DNA of 63,260 nucleotides, filler included, from Reticulomyxa filosa (lineage: Eukaryota > Protista > Foraminifera), in NCBI GenBank assembly GCA_000512085.1. It is 12 parts of 12 records of this genome, joined end to end, with 100 filler letters (N's around TTAATTAATTAA, not from the genome) between each part and the next. Parts side by side here need not be neighbours in the genome. Positions count along the whole stretch, not along the records: positions 23,061 to 37,677 come from ASPP01019161.1; positions 37,778 to 39,488 come from ASPP01022332.1; positions 39,589 to 41,715 come from ASPP01022539.1; 9 more parts are not named here. The stretch is one strand, 5' to 3'. Within the stretch, counting starts at the first letter, position 1, and each line of letters begins with the position of its first letter. Shown here in pieces: positions 29,889-41,815 of this stretch. The notes beneath the pieces were generated by a model. That model saw nothing but the letters and a program-made list of their open reading frames with translations. It ran no database searches and was not told where the DNA came from. Both the position numbers and the translations under genes were made by a program.

Positions 29889-32600
29889 ATGTATTGGCCA
29901 CTTTTATTATCTTTCTTCTGCGCTTGTGCAACGTCTTTCGCGTCATTCCAAGTCTATTCTCTTTCCAACTTTCAGCTGAATTATTCGCTTAGTGGCGAGA
30001 CGCTGTTATCGATTTATCACAACGACCAGCCCAACTACGCGGTATTTTCAGTAGCGCGTTATTACGACGAGGCATTTCCGTTTCTGGTGCTGGGCTATGC
30101 AGGATTAATAGAGGCACCGATCGAATCTGGTAACTATCAATATGTGCATACGTATCCCTACGAATACGTGTACAACTCTTCGGACGAAATCGCAGTAAGC
30201 AAAATCGAAAGTGGGTGTTATGACAACGACGTGTACCAATGCGTATTGTTGTATGGACAATGTATATTTTCGGAACTCGAACAATGGAACGTGTCATTTG
30301 TTTGGAACATTTCCGTGGCGAAGTTGACAGCACCGTATCTGCATAGCAGTGACCTGTACGCGACAAAGGATGCATTGGACTTTTCAATTGAATGGACGGC
30401 CGCGGCGATGGACGAAGTCAATCGTGCGTGGTTCACATACGACAGCGATCCAGGCGAGGCGATCATGGGGCTGGGAGGAGTGCAGTACTCGTACTTTAAC
30501 ATGAAGGGCAAGGTGATCCCCATTATCAATAGTGAACAAGGCGTGGGCAGGGGATTGGAGCCTTTGACTGCAACGCTGAACATTGAGCAAGACAGTTTTG
30601 TATATATACATATATATATACGTATATATATATATATATATATGTATATGTATACGTATACGTGTTTGGTGGGAAAAAACAGAGGGTGTGGATGCACAGA
30701 GGCAGGAGGCGCATGGTACACGACGTACGGGAGCGTGCCGGGATATATAAGCAATCGCAATCGAAGTATGGTGCTGTACAACTACGAGTGCATGATATTC
30801 GACCTGGAGAGCGACGCGACAGCGATAAGGACGGAGCTGTTTAGCAATGAGACGAACGTGCTCTCGGGACGGGTGATATATGGAGCCAGTCCGCAGCAGC
30901 AGATCGAGCAGATGACGCTGGTGACAGGAAGGAGCGAGCCACTGCCGCGATGGAGTTTGGAGGGTGGTATCCTGGGCATTGAGGGCGGACAGACGTTTGT
31001 AATGAATACGACGCTGTCGTTGTTGACACAATACAATCGAACGAAATTAGTGGGCGTATGGATGCAGGATTGGGTGGGCACCGTGTCCAATGGCGTGGGT
31101 GGACAGCGTCTGCTCTGGAATTGGGAGTTGAACACAATACAATATCCCGACTGGTCGACGCTGGTCGACGAGTTCGCCAGTCGTGGCGTGCGCGTACTCA
31201 CGTATATCAATCCCTACTTTGCCAATGTCACCGCGAATATGTCGTCCAACGGCTTTCAGCACAACTACTTTGACGAGGGCGTCCGCAATGGCTTCTTCGT
31301 CAGAGCGCCTGACACCAATGATACGTATCTCATCAACTCGTTCTCCATTCAGTTTGCCTGCGTCGATCTCACCAATCCAAAGGCCGTGCAATGGATCCAG
31401 ACCATTATCCAACAGAACATGCTCAATGCCACAAATGTCAGCGGCTTCATGGCCGACTTTGGCGAATACTTGCCTCTCGATGCCGTTCTCTACGATTCTT
31501 CGTCCGTCTCCGGCCAGGCCTATCATAACTACTTTGCCCAGCGATGGGCGCAGGTGGTTCGTGAGGCCATTGATAATTACAGTGTGTTGTATCGCATTTT
31601 TGTACGCATACATACATACATACGTATACGTACATACGTATATACATATATATATATATTTTTATTGTGTGTTCATGTTGACAAACAGACAGTGAAGCGG
31701 AACACCAAGTCGTCCCGTTTCATCGCAGCGCCGCGCTACAAAGTCCAAAGTATGCACGCACACATTGGCTGGGCGACCAATTGGTAAGTTGGGATGTCTA
31801 CGACGGCTTGCAATCGGTGCTCTTTGGAATTTTCAGTGGCGGCGTGATTGGACACAGTTGTGTGCACAGTGACATTGGTGGATACACGATGTTGGATCAA
31901 AAGATTAAAGACACAAACATCGATATCCCTTTCTTGACATATTTGCGATCGCAACAACTTTTATTGCGTTGGATGGAACTGAGTGCATTCAGCGATTGCA
32001 TATTTCGTTCTCATCCTGGTTTTTGTTGTCTGCTCTGTTCCCCCCTTGGACTCACCTTTCATCCTCTTATGCAAATACACGCCAATCAATAAAAATAGGA
32101 AATCTGCCCAATTTGTCGTATCAGGTCTATTCCAACAATGTCACCAAATCTCATTTCGAAAAATTCACCAATGTGTTTTACCAGTTGTCACAATACAAAT
32201 ACGACTATCTGCAAAATCAGAGCTATTTGTATGGCTATCCTTTGTCTCAACATTTGTATTTGCAATACTGGAATGATCCCTTTGTCCAGAGCGCCGCCTT
32301 TGATACCCTGGACCACCATCTTCAAGGCAATCCTCCTCGGGATCACGTGCAGCAACAAAATCACATCATTAACACCCAATTGATCGTAGGCAATTGTCTG
32401 TTGATCGCCCCCGTCGTAGTCGAAAATACCTACCAAAGGGACGTATATTTGCCGGTTGGACAATGGACTCACTGGTGGACCCAACGCGTTTTTAATGTTA
32501 CAACCTTTGGTTTTTTTTAAGAAATTTCACTTGTCCCATTGGCGAGCCTGCTGTATTTGTTTGTCCCGATTTACAACATCTTTTCTTCCAACTATATTGA
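29889..32600 (+). CDS. Secreted GH31 alpha-glycosidase, sulfoquinovosidase (YihQ)-like
   Basis: Signal peptide MYWPLLLSFFCACATSFA. Motifs EQGVGRG, WMQDWVG..QRLLWNWE, TYINPY, nucleophile GFMADFGE, acid/base WLGDQ, HSDIGGYT, RWMELSAF and VYLPVGQWTH. C-terminal CPIGEPAVF follows a poly-T frameshift at ~32515. Confidence 0.9.
30600..30662. repeat. Intronic (TA)n/TACG microsatellite
   Basis: Alternating purine-pyrimidine tract inside a stop-free intron (~30595-30684). Similar tracts at 31602-31659 and 26326-26349. Confidence 0.8.
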
Positions 32601-32963
32601 TGATATATACTATTTTTCTATTTTGCATTTTAAGCTCAATTGAAATGCATCCAAACAAAATTGTATCACTTTATGTACCATTTCTATCAAAATGTAAAAA
32701 AAGTACTTTTCAATGTCATCGATTTTTGCTAAGAGTTTTTTTCTCTCAAAGATATCGGTTTGCTATTGCAACTTTTTGTGCCTACAAACGAAATACCTTT
32801 TTGTCATTTTTAAAAGTAAAAACAGGCCTTTACTCTTCTTGCCAAACCTTAAGGTCAAGGTAACACTATTGAAGTAGAGCACGTTAGGGTCAATCATGTA
32901 CCCTCTCTTCGAAAGAACTTTAAAAAATATACATCTCCCTTAAGTTTATAACTTATTGATAAA

Positions 32964-34058
32964 ATGAAAAGCTTTATAGTTGATCTCTTCTGTGGAGATA
33001 ATCCACATGAAAAAAAAACACGTTGATTATATGCTTGACTCTCTCATACGCGTCTTTACTTGTGGCTCTTCCCCCTGCCGTCGCAATGTTACGGCATACT
33101 ATGTGTGAAAAAGATGAAGATGCATACTTTTCGGTATTTTACAAACGTACAATTTCATGTTTAGTGTTCCTTTACGTCACGTGTATCTTATTTTGTGGCC
33201 TTGCATTTGTCGGTTGTCTGTCTCATTCGCATGCAGCGAGAACAATTTTGGTGACCATGGGCCTGACGATATTTTTTGTGTGTTATTTTTCAGGCAATTT
33301 TTTTTTGTATTTATTTTATGTTGGCCGCTTGCATTTTACTTTTCAAGACACTATTTATGCGGTGAGTACGATGCAGTTGCGTTTGTTATACGTTCCGTTT
33401 GTACTCTTTTGGATTTTTACGATCATTCGTTTCGTTTTGGAAGCAACAGGTACTCACATCACTCTTTTTTTTCACAACAAACTGCAACAATCGCTATCTC
33501 ACACAGCATAGCACAACACAATACGGCACAACATAAAACAAATGAAAAGAAAATCCACTGTGGCCTTTATGGACTGGATTGTATCTGTTAGTATACGTAT
33601 CATCGAAAAGCACATTGATGACACTTTTTTTCAAACGATTGATTGCATTAGCCACTCAAAGACCAGATTCGATCTTCCGAATCGAACAAACGTCCTCCAA
33701 TTCAATCAACGACGAGTTAACGCTGAGTGAATCACAACTCCGCTATATAACAGTGATGACCAAGTACTCGATTTTGGTCATTGTCTCACTTTTGATATGT
33801 CTGGCCCCGGCCATCGTCACAATTGCATACAGCTTTCTGCCAACCCCAATTGCATATACTATGGGATGGATCAGCACAATGCTATCCAGTGTGAATGCAG
33901 CTGCGAATTTGTGGTGCTTATATTTGCAATTTGCTTTTGCAAGCCATTACTATCAACAATGCTGCCATTGTTGTCATTCGCTACTTCAATCCAATGTCAT
34001 CCGCAAAGTTAAAGATACTACCTATGGTAAGGATACCGATCTTTCTTTAGGAACCTGA
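32964..34058 (+). CDS. Multi-pass (about 7 TM) membrane protein, GPCR-like topology
   Basis: Seven hydrophobic segments across ORFs 33023-33511 and 33579-34058; RLHFTFQDTIYAVS loop; C-terminal QFAFASHYYQQCCHCCH. ATG inferred across a poly-A frameshift. Confidence 0.65.
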
Positions 34059-34496
34059 GTAGTGCTGTCTAGTAGTAATGTGCAAGACATGATAACTTTA
34101 TCCGTTTGGACTGTGCATATGCTAGCTACATTAGTTTTATTTTTTTTTTAAAGTAAAAAGTTATTACAAACTTCCTTTTTTTTCAACGCAAGTATTGTGT
34201 ACATTTCTTTTTTTTTATAACTGAACAAAAGTTATTGCATATACAACAAAAATTCATTTCTTGCACTGTTTGTCGATAATGAGAAAGCAATACTTAAATT
34301 ATTGCTGTTGCCAAACAATTAAGTAAACAAGTATTTATATTCAAAGAATATATTTTTATTGTGTTCTTTCAAAGAAGATTAATCTTCGAAAGAATAGTGT
34401 GAAATTCCAAATGTGAATGTAACACTATTGTATTTTTGTTGATAATTTAAAATGAAGAATCGCTTAAAAATTGTGGTAAAGCTACTTAAACAAAAA

Positions 34497-34907
34497 TTAT
34501 TCCGTTTTGCTGATTGAAACTGTTTCAATAGTGATACGCATGTCCACTTTTTGGTCACTGTTGGTTTCATTCAATTTATATAATGCCATCAGATCCATTT
34601 GTTTATATAAGTTCAAAGCATCACTGGCCCTTATTGGTTGCTCTTCATTAATTGGAAAACCATTGATTATGCGACCAACTTTCCATTCAATCTGTGAATT
34701 CTCTGCTTTACATTCCTGTCCCTGGCTTTGATAATACCGGACTTGATAATGCTTTAATCGTTTATTGATGTAGGAAATAACATCATCTAGTTTGGTTTTT
34801 TTTGGGTTTATCGTCAGTGTCTCTTTAATATCTTCACCTCCAGTGACAGTGATGGTCAAGCTATTCACATGTTGAGAAATACTGCTGGAATTACTGATAT
34901 TTCCCAT
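34497..34907 (-). CDS. Hypothetical 136-aa protein, possible N-myristoylation site and ubiquitin-like fold
   Basis: Clean ATG-initiated ORF starting MGNISNS, with a beta-beta-alpha pattern LTITVTGGEDIKETLTINPKKTKLDDVISYINKRL. Confidence 0.55.
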   Translation of the reverse strand: MGNISNSSSISQHVNSLTITVTGGEDIKETLTINPKKTKLDDVISYINKRLKHYQVRYYQSQGQECKAENSQIEWKVGRIINGFPINEEQPIRASDALNLYKQMDLMALYKLNETNSDQKVDMRITIETVSISKTE

Positions 34908-35469
34908 TAATCAAGCAATTTTTATGTTTTGATTACTGATTATGAGGTTCCTTGATAATTTTGACTGAACACCAAGTAAAGAAACAACTAAAAACCATCG
35001 GATAAAGTTGGCACCTCCAAGAATTTGATATATATGATCCACATAAATGCAATTCAGATGCTTCAATATTCATGCTGTGAATCAGAGATTACGAAACAAT
35101 TAAATTAAAGAAACGTTACTGAGTTTATTGGTAAAAACATATCCAACGTTCTTAGAAATAAACAAGTGGGTCTTTTCTTTCACTTGTAGCAAAAATTATT
35201 TTTTTTGTTTAGTTTTATAAAAAAATCATTTCTTGCTTCATCAGTAATACATAATATATTCTACTTAATGTATTTACAAGTTAGGCAGTGTCAACGTACT
35301 GTCTAACTTATAATTTTATTTTTCTTTTTCTGTAAACACAACGAGTCCACGGACAAGCTCATTCAGGAAGAAATAAAAGTGTCTTTTTGGAGTAGTGGTT
35401 TTGACTGAAACTTTTGTTTTTGGTGTGTTTTTTTTAAAAAACTTCAAAAAATTTTTTTGCATGATTTAG

Positions 35470-36644
35470 ATGTCAAATATTACGAATTTAGCTGATGAGA
35501 AAGCAGAAACTGAAATCCTCGAGAGAATTGAATCTTTTTCTCAATCAGTGGACGTTAGCCCTTGCGTTTGCTGTTGTCACGATTTGTTTAACGCTTTGCA
35601 GTCAAATGAAGTTGTACTTGACATTCGAAGCGTAAGCGATTTTTGTTGTGGTCACATATTGGGATCCTACCATTTGACCATATCTAACACTTCCAGACCA
35701 AAGAGTATCGAAGACTTGATAAGCAATGACAAACAAAGAGAACACTATGTTGAAGTGGCACATCTAACACATAAATTTTGGATAATAGCAGACAACACAA
35801 AATCTAACAAGACTATCGAAGAAGATATTTTGGTATTTGTGACGTGCATCAAAAAATTAGATAACAATTGCAATGTAAAAATGTTAGATAGCTTTCATTC
35901 ATTTCAAAGCAGCTATCCATTTTTAATTGAAAGTTTGACAAAGGAAGTGTTGGAAGAATTGCCTGCACCCAGCAAAATTCCACATTATCCCAATGCCATC
36001 CTTCCAAACCAACTGTATTTAGGAGATATGGATTCATGTAGCCAAGGATACATTTTCAAAGATTTATGTTTGACCCATGTCTTGAATGTTGCGGCGGCAC
36101 ATGTCGCAAATCATTTTGAAGACATGTCGATCTTGCCCGACAAAGTAATTACGAAAATGAGCAAGAGTGCATTGCAATATTTGCAAACAAACAAAATAAC
36201 TTATTATAGTGTTGCAATTGATGATTTGGAAGATATTGATATCAAAAAGCACTTTGGTAAAGTCTTGGATTTTATCGGTGTGTTGGATTGCTTTTGTGTG
36301 AATCTTTTTTATTGATAGTTTGATTTCTGATTGTATGTATTTAAGATACCGTATTAAATCGAAATAAGAGCAGCAGATTGTTAGTGCACTGTTCTGGTGG
36401 TGTATCACGATCAAGCACTATTGTCATCGCTTATTTAATGAAAATTAAGGGGATGTTATTAGTGGAAGCGCTACAATTTGTCAAAAAATGTCGACCAGTG
36501 ATTTTACCCAATGTTGGTTTTTTTCGTCAGTTGCTTCAATTTGAAAAGGAATTATTTGGTGAATCGAAGAGTAGTTATTCTTTGATATTTGAGGACAACA
36601 CGTGTCAAGCTTTGTATGGCAATTTATTAAGAAATCCTAACTAA
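35470..36644 (+). CDS. MAP-kinase-phosphatase-type dual-specificity phosphatase (rhodanese plus DSP domain)
   Basis: Rhodanese VLDIRS..F..GHILGS. DSP motifs ILPNQLYLGD, THVLNV, IDD, VHCSGGVSRS..AYLM and RPVILPNVGF. One intron ~36278-36346. Confidence 0.92.
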
Positions 36645-37677
36645 TAGATGTTGCTAATTGGATATGTACGTATTTACTTATTTTTTGCACAAAGCCATTG
36701 TGAAAATGAAATTAATTTTTTTTTATAAAAATAACAATTTATTTCACAATATCATGATTTATTACCTTTTTCATAAATACTTCAAAATATTTGAAATGTT
36801 AATGTAAAATCGTACAAATTAAAATTAACAAAGATATTATGAAAGATCTAAATTTTTGTAAATATTTTGAAGTATTGTATCCTTAATGGCAATTGTGCAC
36901 TTAAAAGACAGCCCACAAACGTAAATATTAATGATCAATGATAACAATTATCATTTTTGAGATAGTATGTCAATAAGAAATTCGTTGTTTAGTCATTTAT
37001 CTAAAAAATAGAAAAGTGCTTTCGCACGTAGTTTGGTTAGTTCATTTGCTCTTTTGAAAACTCAACTTTTTTCTTTTTTTACTTGTTGTCGTGTTAACGA
37101 AATGCAGAATTAGACAAGCAACAAACTCTTTTTGGTTATTTAAATTGAAAGGATGTTAACTTTGGAATCAATAACACATTTATGTTAGCAGTTTTCCAAT
37201 AACTATCACAGATCATCCAGATCTATTGATACTATGAAGAAAATCAACTACAAAAAGTGTTCTTCACATTCGCATCTGCATTTTTAATCAATTTAATATT
37301 ACAAAACTAAAATAAGTTTTTTAAAAAAAAGTGTAACTAGCTTGTTCAATTTTTTGATCGGACTTCAACACAAAAATAGCTTTACATGTAAATAGAAATG
37401 TACTGATCGATATAAGTTTTGTAATGACTGGGATTAACACATTTGACACGATAACATTTTGGTAATGTTTTTGGTCGAAACAATAGTCAAAAAAAAATTT
37501 TTGACTTGCTTACAGACAAAACGAAGTTGTAAGTTCGTATTAGGTAACACAAAGGTTGCCACTAAAAGAGGCTCGTACACTGAATAGTTTTTTATAAGTA
37601 CACAATGCTTGATTTAAAAACTGCTTTTATGCCAAAATGAACTAACAATGGTAAAAGTGGCTTTAAAATCTATCAAC

Positions 37678-37777
37678 NNNNNNNNNNNNNNNNNNNNNNN
37701 NNNNNNNNNNNNNNNNNNNNNTTAATTAATTAANNNNNNNNNNNNNNNNNNNNNNNNNNNNNNNNNNNNNNNNNNNN
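37678..37777. other. Artificial contig-joining spacer
   Basis: N44-TTAATTAATTAA-N44. Confidence 0.98.
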
Positions 37778-38185
37778 TTTGTTTGCTGGGGTTTTTTGTG
37801 TTTGTTTGTTGTTTCTAAATTTCTTTTCTCGTTTTGGTTGAATCTTTTTCTGCCTCAAGCTTATTTCACTTGCGGAGATAGCTCACATTTCTGCTCAAAG
37901 AATCCCGCTTGTAATAATAAAACCTGAGATTGAGCCGTGGATAAACAAAAGGTACCTTTTTCTTTTTTTTGACATTAGTTTCAAGTTTGGCATTTTTCCA
38001 TTTCTAATTCGATTTGTGACCTTTTTGTGTTGCATTCTTTTTAGTCTTTAATCCACAGGCATTTTTAAACTCAAGCGAAACTCATTAAGTAAATAATGCA
38101 ATCCAGAAAAAAAATTTAAAAGCAGCCCCTTTTTTAGCGTAATAATTATCTTTAATTGATTTATTGATTATTTGAGAGAGACATC

Positions 38186-38692
38186 ATGTCAAATTTTTTA
38201 TTACGGCGACATTTTTTGGAGTATCATAGCCGAAGATTTAAGAAAGAGATAAAAATTGATAAAAGAAAGGGCAAGTTTGGTCAAAAGGTGTCAAACAACA
38301 AAGCGGTAGTAAAAGATAGCTCAGCCCAAAATAATGCTTCTGAGGAGCCTTCTGGATTAAAAATTTTGTCATCAAACATGCAAAACTTCAAAAAAAAGAA
38401 AGTGCTTGGAAGAAAAATGCGTCAAATGGTTGCAAAAGAAAGACAACAGATAGTCGCATATCACCATACATTAGCTAAAAATTTGCGAAATAACGTAAGA
38501 GCAATGAAACTATTACGAGTTCAGCCATCGATGAAAGGAGTCTGGGAAAATAGGATTAGTCTCATCAGACAAGTTAACTGTTTATTTATTTGTGTATTTG
38601 TTTGTTTCGACATTTGGGGAGGGATCCACAACAATTATTTTTGTGAAAATATTATTATATTACAAAAAAAAATAAAAAAAACAGGCCCATAA
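38186..38692 (+). CDS. Hypothetical basic protein
   Basis: ATG-initiated, K/R-rich ORF; probable donor near 38572. No family recognised and 3' end uncertain. Confidence 0.45.
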   Translation: MSNFLLRRHFLEYHSRRFKKEIKIDKRKGKFGQKVSNNKAVVKDSSAQNNASEEPSGLKILSSNMQNFKKKKVLGRKMRQMVAKERQQIVAYHHTLAKNLRNNVRAMKLLRVQPSMKGVWENRISLIRQVNCLFICVFVCFDIWGGIHNNYFCENIIILQKKIKKTGP

Positions 38693-39297
38693 AGCAATTG
38701 GAAAGTAAAGATATTTTTTGTAATCCTCCTTTGTATCTCATTGTTCTTTATTCTCTCAATTTTTCAAAAGATTGGATAAATTTTTTTAAAAAAGAAATCA
38801 TTTTATTCAAACGATTGCGTCCTACTCAACAAATCTATATTCAACTTGTCTGTATTGATTGGGTGTGAGAGAACTCATTATCACATATCCAATATGACAA
38901 AAAAAAAGACAAGTTGGATATGCAAACTAAAAAATAATTGTTAATTCGACTTTTATAGTAATGTTGCAATTGTTTGTTATACATTTTAAAAAATGGCTCA
39001 ACAATATATTATTTTGTTTCTCTTCTTTTTTTTTTATTTTGACTTCCGCTTTATTTGTGTTTTTTTCTTTAAAGGAATGACATTTTGTAAAATTCCTAAC
39101 AGTTTTGACTTTTTATTGACTTTTAATAACCACTTTTCATTTTCTTATGTTTAATCTGGAAAAAAGGTTCAATAGATTTTCTAAATTCTTTTATTCACAA
39201 GACCGAGTATTTTAATCAGTACCGTTCCTCCACTAGCTTTTTGCTAAACCAGAAAAGGATATTCACAAATTATTATTAATATCGAAATCAGTCATCC

Positions 39298-39381
39298 ATG
39301 TTGAGCAAACTGATCACCCGAACCTCAGCATTGAGCTTCAATGTGGCGAAACGAAATTTTGGCAAGGATATTCGATTTGGA
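39298..39381 (+). CDS. HSP60: First exon of mitochondrial chaperonin 60, truncated by contig end; not in ORF track
   Basis: MLSKLITRTSALSFNVAKRNFGKDIRFG is a presequence followed by the Cpn60 N-terminal (A/G)KDIRFG motif, then a GTTAAG donor. Confidence 0.65.
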
Positions 39382-39488
39382 GTTAAGCCCTCAATTACAA
39401 AGGAAGGGTGTTTTCGGCCTTGTCCCGAGTTTGTCGCTCCCTTTTTTTTTTTTAAGAATTGAAGGAAAGGGCATAAAAGAAGTACGTA

Positions 39489-39588
39489 NNNNNNNNNNNN
39501 NNNNNNNNNNNNNNNNNNNNNNNNNNNNNNNNTTAATTAATTAANNNNNNNNNNNNNNNNNNNNNNNNNNNNNNNNNNNNNNNNNNNN
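39489..39588. other. Artificial contig-joining spacer
   Basis: N44-TTAATTAATTAA-N44. Confidence 0.98.
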
Positions 39589-41715
39589 ACGAATATGAGT
39601 CCTTTCAATTCCTCCATGGATATCCACGGCCTTCAATTTAATATCTGCTGCGCATGCAAGATACTTAATCAGTGCTGTTTTCCCACAGCCTCTGCAAACA
39701 AAAGCAAATGAAAACAACAATCTCAAAGATATTATGTATATGTATTATATTACAATTGCTCTCCTCTCTCTCTCAACCCCTTTCAGCTTACTCTTCACTT
39801 ACGTTTCGCCCATCAACACAGTCTATAATAAAAACGTAGAATATGTCCAAACAAAAAGAGGTGTTTGTATTGAGAAATAAAGAATCGAATGCATTTGCTT
39901 TCAATATAATGCAATACCGGAAGATCGGATCTAATGTTGAGAAGGATGGCCACCATTTTCAGAATGTTATCGTAGGTCAATACGTAATGTTCAAATTCTC
40001 CTTTACACAATTTCTTCTTAATGTCGTCTCTCTTTTCCATTGGGGTACCCACTGCACGACATAATATCTCAATACGTTCTTGCTTTGTTTCAAGAATGCT
40101 TTTGGTATTTGGGACACCCGTGTTTGATTTCTATTCCATCACAATTCATTTTTCATTTCATATGTTTGATTACATTTTTTTTTACAAAAAGAAATACATG
40201 CTCATTTACCCAGAAAAGTAAGTCCAGCATTTTGTTTTCTTCTTCTTTCCAAGAGATGAAGACAATGTTTGCTTGTGTTAAATCTTCACGCATTTTCTTA
40301 TTCACCTCATCTTCACTTAGAACCAGTAATGAAAGTGATCCTTTTTGCACATCACAAAATTTGTATTACAAGAAAATATTGACACAATAAAAACACTTGT
40401 TTAAATTTCAATACCGTCATGATTGATCAGATAGAGTGATTTAGAGCGGTTCAACTTTCTGCACAAGCAGAATTGAGTGTCATCCTCTTTGCTGTTGTAT
40501 TCGCAAAAAGTTCTTGAGCAATTGCAGTTGCACATTTGGTCGCTTCCTGCTTGTATTGGAATTGCTGCTTGTTGGTAAGATATTTAGAATTGGCTAGAAT
40601 TTTGAATTGAGTGAACAGAAACTTGAAGAAAATCGTGTAATTCAAAGGAGATGACTGCATGAGTTGCTCAAAAGAGGACTCCATAAAACTAATTATATCT
40701 TCACGGCTTAAATCGTCGATCTTATCCGGATCAATGCCAGATGTCTCAGGAGAAATTCTTGAAGAGGAAGAGAACCAACCCCAAAAACCTGAGTTCGCAG
40801 ATCTATCGAGGAAAAAAAAGGAATAATAAATAAGCAAATATAGAAAAACAAATGTAAGAGACGAAAATAACAAAAAAATCACAACTTTGATATTTCATTT
40901 AGTTCTTTTATCCATTTAATGCAATATTGTGCCTTCTTTCCAAAGTAGAATGGATTGTTGAATTCGTCTACAGCGATCATGGGAAAATTAGATTTGGGAA
41001 ATAAAGTATACAAAATATCTTTTGCATTGCCTTCCAGTGAATCAAATTGTGACGGAATTTCAATGAAAAAGGCCATATTTGGATTCACGTGAAAGCTGGA
41101 GCAATCTGTGTCAATATGTTGCAAGTACAGCAATTGAAACAGGAAATCATTCATATCTTGATTGATACAAGGCGATATATCCAAATGATAAATCACCAAA
41201 GTATCTTCAGGTGATGCTGTTTGGTTCTTCTTTTTTCGAATGTTGTTCGTGTTGTCTTCCAAGGTCTGATCAAATTTACAGGGATGATATTGCCAAAATG
41301 TATTTACTGTCCATTTCCAATCAATAGCGCTACTGTTGAATCTCACACAAATATTTTCCAATTTTCGTTCCTTTTGACACTCTTTAATATCTTCTTGAAT
41401 TTTCCACGTTTTTCCCATTCCAATATTGTTCGACGCATACAATTGGATAAAAGGCTTTCGATTACTTTTGTCACGCAAAAATAAACTTAGTTGTTTGGTA
41501 TATAGCTCCTCTTCCACATCGAATGTGTGTATGCTTTCATCAAAAGTGCATCCGGGCTGAAATAGCCTCAGCACCCCAGCTACATCACTGTCCATATCGG
41601 AAGAGACTACTGCAAATAAATATTGTTTCACGCGTTGCGATTCAGAGTACTGCAATAACATACGCTGCAAGAGCTTGACAACTTTTGCCTGAGTTTTCTT
41701 TGCCAATTTTTCTGG
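39589..41715 (-). CDS. Internal fragment of an RNF213/mysterin-like giant AAA+ ATPase
   Basis: First module NNIGMGKT..VIYHLDISP..FLFQLLYL..FFIEIP. Second module YVLTYDNILKMVAILLNIRSDLPV..MGET|GCGKTALIKYL..VDIHGG, matching the RNF213 pattern YxLTxDNxxKxxAI..PVIIMGETGCGKT..VHGG. Confidence 0.85.
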
Positions 41716-41815
41716 NNNNNNNNNNNNNNNNNNNNNNNNNNNNNNNNNNNNNNNNNNNNTTAATTAATTAANNNNNNNNNNNNNNNNNNNNNNNNNNNNN
41801 NNNNNNNNNNNNNNN
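41716..41815. other. Artificial contig-joining spacer
   Basis: N44-TTAATTAATTAA-N44. Confidence 0.98.
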
